NCBI GenBank assembly: GCA_043228905.1 | Contig: JBHGNT010000016.1 | Location: forward strand, 1,798,001-1,862,000 | DNA length: 64,000 nucleotides | Reading direction: 5' to 3' | Origin: Azolla caroliniana | Taxonomy: Eukaryota; Plantae; Polypodiophyta | Part shown: piece by piece, positions 1 to 10,285 of the stretch | Layout of the letters: each line of letters begins with the position of its first letter | Position numbering within the stretch: the first letter of the stretch is position 1 | Translations under genes and position numbers: made by a program | Notes under the pieces: generated by a model | Told to the model about the DNA's origin: nothing | What the model saw: only the letters and a program-made list of their open reading frames with translations | Database searches by the model: none

Positions 1-204
1 ACTCGAACGGAGGAAGAGGATGCGGATGAGCGAGAGGCCGATTCGGCCAAGGACAAAACGGACGAGGTTTGACCTACGACAACAACTCCCAATTTCGGCC
101 GCAAAACAGAAGCCAACGAGGAACCTTCGCAAGAAGGGGGAGCTTCCACTTCGGCCCGAGCCGTCAAAACACAACTGAATGCGAATATTGCAGAAAGCTC
201 GGCG

Positions 205-510
205 TGTTGGGGAGAAGGCCGTGTCGATGCGGAAGATCAAGTAGCATTCGATTCTGATTGAGTACTTGCGTATGACAGAAAATCGAAGATTGTGCACAGA
301 GATAGAGAGAGAGAGAGAGGAGGCACAAAAGACTCTTTATATTGCAATAGAAACAATAATACAACCCAACCTTACAAAAAGGTTACAAGGTCACTATATA
401 TAGTGACCGACTTAGGGCAACTACCATTTATGCTAATTACACAAATGGCCCAAACTTGATCTATACAAAGGGATAGTGTGAATACGTCCATTATACACTT
501 GTATTCGACA
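205..510 (-). repeat. 3' LTR of the intact copia (306 bp)
   Basis: TGTTGGGGAG...ATTCGACA. Direct repeat of 5398-5711, differing by about 3 substitutions and the (GA)n length. Abuts the PPT. Confidence 0.95.
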
Positions 511-520
511 CTCCCCCGTA
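511..520 (-). other. Polypurine tract of the intact copia
   Basis: Minus strand reads TACGGGGGAG immediately before the 3' LTR TG. Confidence 0.85.
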
Positions 521-704
521 ATGGGCGTATACATGGGTTATCTAAGATTACAGGTATAAACCTAGGTTCTTGGACATATCAGTTTTTGTTTGAGTCGGTA
601 GGGTCCGAAGGCAGAAGACCGAACTGGTCGGGTCGGAAGAGTTGAAGCCGATCATTAAGGAACTGATGTCGGTTGTCGGGAACCATCCTGCGCTGTGTCC
701 GGCT

Positions 705-3700
705 CTAACCGGACTGGTTTGTCGTTACGCCCATCTGATGCCGAAGGGACCGAAAGCGGTCTGCCGAAAGACACTTGGTCATTCCATCTGCGACATTGTC
801 GGTTGTGGATATTTTCTCTAGACCGATTTTCCCTAAAATGACGCAATCCCGAACGAAGTGATATCGAACGTCGATATGTTTGGAGGCGTTGTGGTGAACC
901 GGATTTTTCGACAGGGCAACAGCACCTTGACTGTCGCTATAGACAACTGGGGCCGAGTCATGGTCGACTTGCCGAAACGTGTGTGCCAGCCGGCCGAGCC
1001 ACAAAGCTTCTTTTGCAGCGTCGGACGCAGCTACATATTCTGCTTCGGTCGTTGAGGTCGCTGTGCACTCCTGAAGTTTCGACTTCCACGAAATTGCTCC
1101 ATTGCCGAATTTGAAGCAGTATCCAGTTGTTGATTTCCGACTGTCTATACAGCCGGCGAAATCCGAGTCGGTGTAACCGACTACGCCTGAGGTTCGGTTC
1201 GGACCGAAAAGAATGCCGTGGTCTTTTGTGCCAGCCAGATATCTGAACACATGCTTGACTGCGTTCCAATGCGATCGGCCAGGATTGTGCATAAATCTGC
1301 TAATGACTCCTACGGCATGAGAGATATCAGGCCGTGTCGCGACCATCAGGTACATAAGGGAGCCGACTGCCGGTGCATACGGTACCGACTTCATATCTTC
1401 CCCCTCCGAACCGGATGTCGGGCAGTCTCGCTGAGAGAGCCGAAGATTCATGGGGAGCGGGGTTGAAGCAGATTTGGCTGATTGCATGTTGAAGCGTTCC
1501 AAGACCCGTCCGATATAGTCGGTCTGGGACAAAAAAAGATGTCGTTTATCACGATGCCGACTAATCTTCATGCCGAGTATGTGTCGTGCCGGACCGAGGT
1601 CCTTCATGGCAAACTTCAACCGCAGTTGCCGAATGAGATCGGCAAGTTCGCCCGCGTGGCGTCCAGAAATTAGCATGTCGTCCACGTAAATGATGAGGAA
1701 GATGGGTGATCCATCTTGAGCTGTGTTGGTAAAAAGACAATGGTCCTCATCGCTTTTGGAGAAGCCGATCGATTGGATGAAGTCGTCGAACTTCTTGTAC
1801 CATTGTCGCGGTGCCTGTTTCAGGCCGTATAGACTCTTCCTGAGTCGGCAGACTAGATGTTCTTGGCCAGTTGCCACGAAGCCTTTTGGCTGCTCCATAT
1901 AAATTTCCTCTTCAAGATCACCATGGAGGAAGGCTGTTTTGACATCTAGCTGAATCAGCTCCAAGTTGTCGGCTGCCACTACGCCGAGTAGAAAACGAAG
2001 GGTTGTCATTTTCACCACTGGTGAAAAAATCTCGTCGAAGTCGACGCCATATTCTTGTCGGAAGCCCTTCGCAACTAATCTGGCCTTGTACTTTGGGGTG
2101 GTCGAATCAGACGTCTCTTTTAGTCGATAAACCCACTTGCAAGGAAGAGCACTTCGATTCTTAGGTAACTCGACCAGGTCCCAAGTCTTGTTTGCCCGAA
2201 TGGAGTGCATTTCCGACTCCATCGCCAGATGCCAGGTGGTTGAATCGACAGATGTCGATGCTTCTTCGTAAGACGTCGGTTCGCCGGCGTCGGTGAAGAA
2301 AATTCCAGGAGAATACCTCTCCGGAGGTTGCGACAGTCTCTCGGATCGTCGGGGTATGACTGGACTGGTCGCATCGGGTATCGAGGTCGGATGGTCCGAA
2401 AGCGAATTATTCTGCTGTGCCGAGTCGGAGTTGTCCGAGTTGGTAGTGCAAGGTTCAGCTACCCGTGAAGCTGACCGTGTGTTAAGAGCGGGGCCTTCTT
2501 GAAGGGTCGGCACATCGGAAAATGTTACCCTTCGGACTTCGATCGGTGTTTTGACTGATGGATTCATAGCCGACTCGTTGAACACAACGTCCGAACTTCG
2601 AACGATTTGTCTGCGTTCGGGGTCCCAGAGTCGGTATCCCATTTCGCCGTCTGATCCATATCCAAGGAAAATGCATTTCCTGGACCGAGGTGCAAGTTTT
2701 CGGCGATCATCTTTCGGAATAAGGGCGTACGCCTCGCATCCGAAGATCCTCAGCTTGTCGTAATTCGGCTTACTGCCGATCCATAGTTCCTGAGGAATTT
2801 GAAGTCCTAGAGGTCTACTTGGCGACATATTGATTATGTGTACTGCCGTGAGTAGAGCCTCTGCCCAGAAGCCATCCGACAGTCCGGAGTGTTGGAGCAT
2901 GGAAACTATCCGTTCTTGGATTGTCCGATTCATGCGTTCGGCAATCCCGTTTTGCTCCGGACTGTGTGGTGCCGTAAATTCACGTCGGATGCCGCGTTGT
3001 CGGCAGAATTTGACGAATTCTTTTGATTTGAACTCTCCCCCATTGTCGGTCCGAAAGCATTTCAGTTTTCGGTCAGTTTGATTTTCCACCATAGTGAGCC
3101 AATCGGAGAAGATCGAGAAGACACGATCTTTGGTGCGAATTGGATAAGCCCACACCTTTCGAGTCGAATCGTCAATGAAACTGACGAAGTAAGAGGCACC
3201 GCCGAGAGACTGATGCGGCATTGGGCCACAGACGTCCGAGTGGACTAAATCGAGAGGTCTCGTTTCTCTTGGTGCTGATGTCGGGTGTGATGCGGCTGCC
3301 TGTTTGCCATACTGGCAATGTTCGCAGAATTGATGGTCCGAGAAGGAGAGTTTAGGGATGTATCTGGCTCTAGATAGGTGCGTAATGCCGGCCTTGCTGA
3401 GGTGTCCTAATCTTCTGTGCCATAGTGATGACACAGGAATATCAACCAAAAACAGGTTACCCTCTCTGAGCGTAACATGTAACGGATACAGTGAGTGTAT
3501 CTTGGGTCCTCTAGCAAGCAGGAGGTTCCCCCTGTGGAGTGTCCACCCTCCCGAAGAGAAACCGGCACGAATGCCGTCTTCATCTAGTTGTCCGACTGAG
3601 ATCAATGGCCTTGAGAGCTCGGGTACATGTCGGACATTTTGAAGTACAAGTGTAGAGCCACCTGCAAGGTTGAGCTCTACTGTGCCGATTCCAATGATGT

Positions 3701-4739
3701 CACAGTGTTGCGAGTTGCCGACTCGAACTGAGTCGGAGTGACGGATCGTATATTGCCGAAATTGGGATCGATGAGGAGTCACGTGAAATGACGCGCCCGA
3801 ATCTAAGAGCCATGTGCTCGATTCTTCAGTCGTGAGCAGAACTTCTGATCCGACTGGATTTTCGATTGATAGTATATTCGGGTCGTTTGGTAGCACATCA
3901 GCTGAGAAGCTAACGTAATTGATCTCCTCATGCCGGCCACTCTTCTTGTCTGATTTCTGAGACTTGTCGTTCTTGTTCTTGAGTGCGCGGCAGTCGGCTT
4001 TGATGTGTCCGGGTTTCTTGCAATAGTTGCAGATTCGGTTATCCCGTGACTGGCTCCGTCTTCGCTGATTGTTCGGCTGCCGTGAGGAATCTCTTCCTCG
4101 TATGTTCGATCGGTCTGTCGAACCTTGTACTACATAAGCGTCTTCTGTTGAGTCTTTGGCGAAAGACTTTCTCCGAGCTGCTTCGGTCAGGATTGCGCTC
4201 GTGACTTCGGAGTATTTAACAGCCGTGGTTGACGCGTTGCACACGGTTGTGACGAAAGTTTCCCATGATGAGGGAAGGCTGCTCATGAGTATCATTGCTC
4301 TGAGTTCATCCTCGATTGTCGTCCCCTGAGATGAGATTTGGGAGCTTATGCTTTCGTACTCATTGAGATGTGCTTGAACCGAATCTGATTCTTTCATCCG
4401 CAAGTTGTAGAGGCGCCGGATCAGAAACATCTTCGTTGCGGCGACCTTCTTTTCGTAGGTGTCCGACAGTGTTTTCCACAGTTCGAATGCTGTCGTACAC
4501 GATTGCACCGTAAAGTATACCGATTCCGATAGGTGCATCCGAATCGTGGCGCGGACGATTCTGTCCAGCTTCTGCCACTCGATTGGTTTGTATCCTTCTG
4601 GAGGTTCTTCATTTTCGATGGGATCGATTTGCCCCTTGACTATGAGATAGTCCTGCATTTGCTCCTTCCAGAAGTTGAAGTTCGATCCATCGAAGTTTCG
4701 TAGACTCATTTCTGACGAGCCGGATGTTGATGCCATCAA
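705..4739 (-). CDS. Ty1/copia Gag-Pol polyprotein (UBN2-type gag, CCHC knuckle, protease, integrase, RT, RNase H)
   Basis: Motifs: CNYCKKPGHIKADC, WLLDSGASFH, WHRRLGH...CEHC, VHSDVCGP, TDNGGEF, QNGIAERMNRT, QLDVKTAFLHG, IYVDDML, GYTDSDFAG, KHIDVRYHFVR. No stops or frameshifts. Confidence 0.97.
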   Translation of the reverse strand: MMASTSGSSEMSLRNFDGSNFNFWKEQMQDYLIVKGQIDPIENEEPPEGYKPIEWQKLDRIVRATIRMHLSESVYFTVQSCTTAFELWKTLSDTYEKKVAATKMFLIRRLYNLRMKESDSVQAHLNEYESISSQISSQGTTIEDELRAMILMSSLPSSWETFVTTVCNASTTAVKYSEVTSAILTEAARRKSFAKDSTEDAYVVQGSTDRSNIRGRDSSRQPNNQRRRSQSRDNRICNYCKKPGHIKADCRALKNKNDKSQKSDKKSGRHEEINYVSFSADVLPNDPNILSIENPVGSEVLLTTEESSTWLLDSGASFHVTPHRSQFRQYTIRHSDSVRVGNSQHCDIIGIGTVELNLAGGSTLVLQNVRHVPELSRPLISVGQLDEDGIRAGFSSGGWTLHRGNLLLARGPKIHSLYPLHVTLREGNLFLVDIPVSSLWHRRLGHLSKAGITHLSRARYIPKLSFSDHQFCEHCQYGKQAAASHPTSAPRETRPLDLVHSDVCGPMPHQSLGGASYFVSFIDDSTRKVWAYPIRTKDRVFSIFSDWLTMVENQTDRKLKCFRTDNGGEFKSKEFVKFCRQRGIRREFTAPHSPEQNGIAERMNRTIQERIVSMLQHSGLSDGFWAEALLTAVHIINMSPSRPLGLQIPQELWIGSKPNYDKLRIFGCEAYALIPKDDRRKLAPRSRKCIFLGYGSDGEMGYRLWDPERRQIVRSSDVVFNESAMNPSVKTPIEVRRVTFSDVPTLQEGPALNTRSASRVAEPCTTNSDNSDSAQQNNSLSDHPTSIPDATSPVIPRRSERLSQPPERYSPGIFFTDAGEPTSYEEASTSVDSTTWHLAMESEMHSIRANKTWDLVELPKNRSALPCKWVYRLKETSDSTTPKYKARLVAKGFRQEYGVDFDEIFSPVVKMTTLRFLLGVVAADNLELIQLDVKTAFLHGDLEEEIYMEQPKGFVATGQEHLVCRLRKSLYGLKQAPRQWYKKFDDFIQSIGFSKSDEDHCLFTNTAQDGSPIFLIIYVDDMLISGRHAGELADLIRQLRLKFAMKDLGPARHILGMKISRHRDKRHLFLSQTDYIGRVLERFNMQSAKSASTPLPMNLRLSQRDCPTSGSEGEDMKSVPYAPAVGSLMYLMVATRPDISHAVGVISRFMHNPGRSHWNAVKHVFRYLAGTKDHGILFGPNRTSGVVGYTDSDFAGCIDSRKSTTGYCFKFGNGAISWKSKLQECTATSTTEAEYVAASDAAKEALWLGRLAHTFRQVDHDSAPVVYSDSQGAVALSKNPVHHNASKHIDVRYHFVRDCVILGKIGLEKISTTDNVADGMTKCLSADRFRSLRHQMGVTTNQSG

Positions 4740-5381
4740 ATTTGGTTTCGGTTGACGAAGCTCGGTTCGGAGTTGACTACGAACCTTGTTGGAGTGCGGC
4801 CGGTTGGCTCACCCGATATCGTTCTAGTTGGATTTGAACCCGAGTCGGTTCGGCTTCGGATATATGTATTGTTGAACTTGCTCGAATTGACTCCGGTAAC
4901 CTGAGGGACAGAACCGACTGGTCTTCCCGAATGTTGTCGAGTCGGAGTGAGCCCGGTTCGCTTCCAAATACCGATTGTCTGGACCGATTCTGCTTCGGGT
5001 GACTGTAGCGACAAGAGAGACGGATCCAACTGATCCTCCCGAATGTCGATCAGCCGGATGAAGCACGAATTGGGGTTGTTGTCTTGAGACCGATCTGCAC
5101 CGAGTGGTTACAGTGAGCGGCGAGCAGCGTTTGATGACCTCTTCGGATGCCGTTTGACCGAGTGGAGCACGATCGTGTCAATGTTGCACAAGGGGATTTC
5201 AGCTCGAGCGGTTACGATCACAAGGAACAGAGTACAACCGGCTGGCTTACTCCAAGCGAAGATGATCTAACGCGATGAGATGCAAGCCTCGTTTTTTCTT
5301 CTTCTTCTCTCTTCTTCGAATGACGCAAGAAACCGAATGCTGTGCAGGCGGTGATGACGGCCGACAGCGGGTTGAGGAACC

Positions 5382-5395
5382 AAGCTCTGATACCA
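5382..5395 (-). other. Primer-binding site complementary to the initiator tRNA-Met 3' end
   Basis: Minus strand TGGTATCAGAGC(TT) lies 2 nt inside the 5' LTR; this is the canonical plant tRNA-iMet PBS. Confidence 0.95.
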
Positions 5396-5397
5396 GA

Positions 5398-5486
5398 TGT
5401 TGGGGAGAAGGCCGTGTCGATGCGGAAGATCAAGTAGCATTCGATTCTGATTGAGTACCTGCGTATGACAGAAAATCGAAGATTGT

Positions 5487-5523
<37 letters not shown>

Positions 5524-5711
5524 GCACAAAAGACTCTTTATATTGCAATAGAAACAATAATACAACCCAACCTTACAAAAAGGTTACAAGGTCACTATAT
5601 ATAGTGACCGACTTAGGGCAACTACCATTTATGCTAATTACACAAATGACCCAAACTTGATCTATACAAAGGGATAGTGTGAATACGTCCATTATACACT
5701 TGTATTCGACA
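5398..5711 (-). repeat. 5' LTR of the intact copia (314 bp)
   Basis: Direct repeat of 205-510; adjacent to the PBS. Confidence 0.95.
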
Positions 5712-5787
5712 CTCCCCCGCAAAGAAGAGTGCCGAAAGAAGATGCACGAAACGGCTTCCACAAGCCAACAACTCACGAATTACGCGT

Positions 5788-6625
5788 TATCACGAAGTTT
5801 CGCGCTTGCGTATAGAAGGGGCGGGACCACGGGGGTCTTGGACTAGGGAGTGATAGAGCGTAGGAAGCCGACTTCACTCCGGTCCCGGCTGCGCTGGTGG
5901 TGGCGCGAACCGGAGCGATTCTGGATGCGTATCAGTGGCTACCAAACACAAGAGAGGAAGAGAGGGTGAGAACACGTGCGCAACGCCGACACAACACACA
6001 CCTCTTATGTACAGGAAACATAGGGAAGGGAAAGCAAAGCACCCGACACCGATAGAGACACGAATATGCACAAACCCTGTATATATATATATATATGAAT
6101 ATAAGAGTGAGTTACAACTCCTACTCCGACTCGGACTGAGGTAGGCTAGGTCGCAACGGCAGTCTGCTGCCAAGCTGCCGTCGGGGAGCTCTCGAGCTCA
6201 TCGCGCCGAGTGGAAGCAACCTACAACAGGGAGAGATACCACCTCGGCCGCGAGCCGGCTACGCACGGAAGAAGAGAAACTAACCTAACAGCTTGCCGTC
6301 ATAGCTATTGCTCGACTCCTCGAGAAGGAGCAGAAAAGAAACGAAGAAGAGAAAGAATGTAGCTAACACTAGAAAGAAACACAAAATGGTATACCCTTAA
6401 GACTCAAAATGGGCAACCCCTCAACAAGGGACCATCCCTTCGTTTTATAAAACAAGGAGAGGGATGCGTTACAATGTGGGATAAATCCCGATTTACATGG
6501 GATTCTTCGTCCCGACTTAACTCCTATTATTCACACAATTATACGAGGGTGAGTGCACATGGTGCACCCCGCCGATGTAGCCAATATTTCTCGGTTTCCG
6601 CCTCTGGCCGAAATTCTTCATGACA
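5788..6625 (-). repeat. 3' LTR of the Trp-primed element
   Basis: Direct repeat of 10286-11110, preceded on the minus strand by the purine-rich TTAGGTGGGGGCGGA. Confidence 0.9.
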
Positions 6626-6999
6626 TCCGCCCCCACCTAATCGCACGTCCACCGGTACGTGCCAAATCCGGTGAAGGGTGAGAAATTTCGGCCAATGAGA
6701 AACCGGCCTTCCGTAATCCGCATCCCGGCTCGCGGCCAGTTTGAATCGTCGGCCTCGGTTCTTCCTTTGCACTTACCTCCCCTTAGGCTCGTTCGACCCG
6801 TCGATGGGTCTTTCGCCGCGATCTCCGTAGTACGCGTACTTCCGTTGGCCCTTGTTTGGCCGTATGCACGCCCCGCTCTTCGCCGTATGCCCAATGTCCT
6901 CCGCTTGAGGAACGCCCGTAGTGGCCCACTTGGCCTCCGTCGACCATTCGTGTTGTCCTGATTGCCGTCCCATGTTGTTTCGTGTTGCCTTCGTCCTCT

Positions 7000-8640
7000 C
7001 GCCGCCACCTTCCTTCTCCATGGTCTTACGTCGCCACGCCTGTTCGAACCGCCATAGTCTTCGGAACGGTGTGGAGGATCCTTCTCTCGCCTTCTACGTG
7101 GTACCTCCGAACCGCGCAACCCATCTTACCGACTCCCGATCCGCTATCTCGTGTCGTCGGGTCCTGTTCTCCTGTCACCACCGATCTCTCCTATAGGACT
7201 CACGCCGGCACTCGGGCCGACAGCCGTATCGGCGTGAGGATCTCCGTAGGACCGGTCTTTGTTCTCCTCTTGCCGAAATTCGGGTGTCTTCTGTCGGAGT
7301 CCTTCACAACTCTCCTCGTGTCTTCCGCGTGGCCGGGTCTTGCTTTCGTGTTGCCGGGTCCCGTTTTCTCGCCGCCACCAACCTTCTCTCTCGGTCTCAT
7401 GTTGCCATGTTGGCCGAACTGCCGAAGTCTCTGGTTCGGTGTGGGGATCCCGTAGGACCGAACTTCCTTATGCCCACTGACCTTGCCAGAAGATTTGAGA
7501 TGGTTCGTAGCCGCCTCGCCAGCCTCATACCTCCTTTCCGTTCGTCGCTTCTGGTCATCCGATCACGTTCTCTTGCCGACATCGATCTCTCCTATAGGAC
7601 TCACACCGGCACTCGGGCTGACAGCCGGATCAGTGTGAGGATCTCTGTAGACCGCCAATCCGCAGTTTTCCGCTCTTGTCCCCTCGCCGCCGCCGTCAGT
7701 ATCTTGGTCTTACATCGACCGCGTTGCCGACTGCCGAAGTCTCTAGATCTGGTGTGAAGGATCCTCCTAGGGCCTCCAATTTGTCTTCCCGACCCTGCCA
7801 GTCGGGCCCGTATTCGGTTCGTGGCCGCCTCGCTGGCCTCATACCTTCTTTCGCTCTGCTTTCCATCGTCCGATCACGTTCACCTGCCGCCACCGTCCTT
7901 TCCTATAAGACTCACGCTGGCACTCGGGCCGACTGCCGGATCGGTGTGAGGATCTTCGTGGGACCTGTCGTCTCGGTCTTTGGTTGCCCGCCTTGCCGCC
8001 ACCACCGATCTTCCCTCTAGGTCTCACGCCGGACCTCGTTGCCGGTTGCCGGAGTGTCTAGAACCGGTGTGTGTAAGGTCGTTGTAGCACCGCTTGCCGT
8101 CTTCCCGACCTCCGCATCGGCCTCCTCGGCTGGTCGCGTTCTCTTCCGGACACAGATCTCTCCTATAGGACTCATACCGACACTCAGGCTGACAGTCGGA
8201 TCGATGTGAGGATCTCCGTAGACTGCCCATCCGCAGTTTTCCGACCTTGTCCCCTCGCCCCCACCGTCAGTATCTTGGTCTTACGTCGACCGCATTGCCG
8301 ACTGTCGAAGTCTCTAGATCTGGTGTGAAGGATCCTCCTTGGGCTCCTCATATCCTTGACCCTTCTCTCGGGTCTTCCTTCCTTCGCAAGCCGAGAAGGT
8401 GGCTCGCTCCACACCCTCTCCCGTGGTACCGACGTACCGTGTTCTCGGTCTCTTCGTAGGCTTGTTCTCTTCCTCCCTCCCGGAATGGTTATCTGGGAGT
8501 TCGCTCTGCCTGGTTCTCGTCCGAGTCTGTTCATCCATCTCCGGATTGTCGGGTCCCATTCTCCTATCGCCACCGACCTCTCCTACAGGACTCACGCTAG
8601 CACTCGGGTCAACAGCCGGATCGGTGTGAAGATCTCGTGG
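7000..8640. repeat. Degenerate alternating A/B tandem array (10 cores) in the internal region of the Trp-primed element
   Basis: A core ending (C/T)GGTGTG(A/G)GGATC recurs at 7067, 7230, 7437, 7631, 7750, 7942, 8065, 8202, 8321 and 8622. A-type core: GATCTCTCCTATAGGACTCACGCCGGCACTCGGGCCGACAGCCGGATCGGTGTGAGGATC. Confidence 0.9.
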
Positions 8641-9636
8641 GTCCGGTCTTCGTTCTCCTCTTCATCCCCCGTACTTCTCCCGAACTCGTCGTCGCTCTCC
8701 TTCCTTCCAATTCCCGACCATCGCCCGATCGGTCTTTCTCCCCATGTAAAAGGGGGCGGCTCGTCCCGCACCCTCTCCCGTATCAGCACCTTCATGCCGA
8801 ATCCGGCCCCAATCGAACAATCCACGACGGGATTACACTCCACCCGTATCGGAGCGTCGCGCAGTTCGGTCCCCGGTCGGGTCATTCCTTGGTCTCTTCG
8901 TCGACCTTTTCGCGGGCCATCTCCCATCCATCTTTGTTGGCATCGTGCCATGACTCCTCGATACCGTCATCCATCTCCTCGGTCTCACTTGGGCATAAGT
9001 CCCCGAACGCCGAGTTCTCCGGAACCGAGTTCGAGGGCTTTCGTCCGCTCCTTCCCCGCATCGTCTCTCTGGTGATTCTTGGTCTCTTGCGGCCGCCTTC
9101 CTCCTCTTGGGACTGACGTGGGCACTCGGGCCCGACTGCCGTCGTCTCGGGAGCAAGCGTGGGAAGACGCAAAGAATCACTCATCTTTTTTTCGCCCTTG
9201 TTCATAGCCATCGACTCTTCGTGGTCGGCGGTCGTCTCCTTACCGATCGCGCAAGCCCCGTCTGGGCTTGCTTCTCCAATGACCGGGGTTTCGGGCTGAC
9301 ACGTCCGACACCGCTGGTTCCAACGTTCCAATCCCGCGATCGGTATCTTGGCCTCGTCCTTGGCCATTCTATGTCCGCAAGTTGAGAGGGCGTTTTGTTC
9401 CGCACTCTCTCCCGTCGTACTGTCGTACCGATATTCCGTCATCGCGGGGGCACGTCCGTCTCCTCAGTCTCGGCTTGCGGCCTCGATCTTTCCTCTTCCT
9501 CGAGCATCGCCTCGAGAGCTGCGTACGCCTCCGCAATTTTGGCCCCAACGCCGACGCTTGCCGACTCTCTTTGTCGTTCGGCCTCTTCCCGCTGTGATGG
9601 CACGCCGTCGCGTGCCTTCCTTTTAGCCTTCTCGGC

Positions 9637-10248
9637 TCACTCATTGTCTAGCCGTTGGCACACCCTTCCGACCTTCGACCAGTCCTCCGTAAGCCCATTC
9701 GCTCCGTCATCGTCTTCGAGCTCAATCCCGATGGCCTCCCGTTCCGTTCGGTCGATCGACCTGACGAACAATAGGACTTTGTCCGCCCCCACCAAACCTT
9801 GTTCCCGCTTCGGGAGCCAAGCAAGTCGTCGCTCGAACTCTCGGAACGCCTTCGTTGCGCCCCGGTGGGTCTTTGCTGATGCTACCCACTGGTCGAAGTC
9901 ATGTCGTCCCCGGCTCTTCCATTGTCCTCCATATGCCTTAAGGAGCGCCTCTTCAAAGGCCTCCCACGAACTATGAGCTTCTCGGAGCTCCTTCACTTCC
10001 GCGTGCATACGGACGGCTACGACCCGATAAAAGAACTCCAGCCTCAACGCCTCGTCAACGCCACGCACTTCCATTTCCACGTTGTAGGCTTCCAAGTAGA
10101 ATGGGACCTTGTCCTCGTTGAAACGACCGACTCTTTCAACCACTCGCTCAACCGCTTGTTGCGCTACTTCTCGCCTCATCACCACTCGTGCAGACTCCAA
10201 CACCACTTCGGCCACCATCTCCGCGAGGTCATCATCTTCCGACTCCAT
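9637..10248 (-). CDS. Retrotransposon Gag-like (capsid) protein, 203 aa, probably truncated by a CGA>TGA change
   Basis: ATG lies ~15 nt after the PBS. Helical capsid-like pattern (GRFNEDKVPFYLEAY...WEAFEEALLKAY...FREFERR...KVLLFV...GLTEDW). The same frame continues after the TGA as AEKAKRKARD...AYAALEAMLEEEE. Confidence 0.65.
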   Translation of the reverse strand: MESEDDDLAEMVAEVVLESARVVMRREVAQQAVERVVERVGRFNEDKVPFYLEAYNVEMEVRGVDEALRLEFFYRVVAVRMHAEVKELREAHSSWEAFEEALLKAYGGQWKSRGRHDFDQWVASAKTHRGATKAFREFERRLAWLPKREQGLVGADKVLLFVRSIDRTEREAIGIELEDDDGANGLTEDWSKVGRVCQRLDNE

Positions 10249-10263
10249 GCTCCCTTGCCGCCC

Positions 10264-10281
10264 TTCACGTCGGGTTCACCA
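10264..10281 (-). other. Primer-binding site complementary to plant tRNA-Trp(CCA)
   Basis: The + strand reads TTCACGTCGGGTTCACCA, matching the 3'-terminal 18 nt (including CCA) of plant cytosolic tRNA-Trp as I recall it. Confidence 0.85.
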
Positions 10282-10285
10282 AAGA

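Larger units (their letters stand above)
205..5711 (-). mobile_element. Full-length, recent Ty1/copia LTR retrotransposon
   Basis: Two near-identical TG...CA LTRs (205-510, 5398-5711), a tRNA-iMet PBS, a PPT and a single uninterrupted 1344-aa gag-pol ORF. Confidence 0.97.

Noticed and set aside
858-4650. Short + strand and alternative-frame ORFs overlapping the copia polyprotein
   Set aside because: Shadow ORFs of a long coding sequence with no independent evidence.
7000-8640. CRISPR array or hammerhead retrozyme reading of the repeat-spacer pattern
   Set aside because: The context is a eukaryotic LTR element, the repeats are degenerate, the spacers are related to each other, and there are no cas genes. 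No CUGANGA/GAAA hammerhead core is visible on either strand.
6539-9650. Many overlapping 60-240 aa ORFs in the GC-rich internal region as separate genes
   Set aside because: They are expected from high GC and repetition. They show no domain motifs and many use non-ATG starts.
10264-10281. tRNA-Trp gene
   Set aside because: Only the 3' 18 nt including CCA are present, next to an LTR, so this is a PBS and not a tRNA gene.
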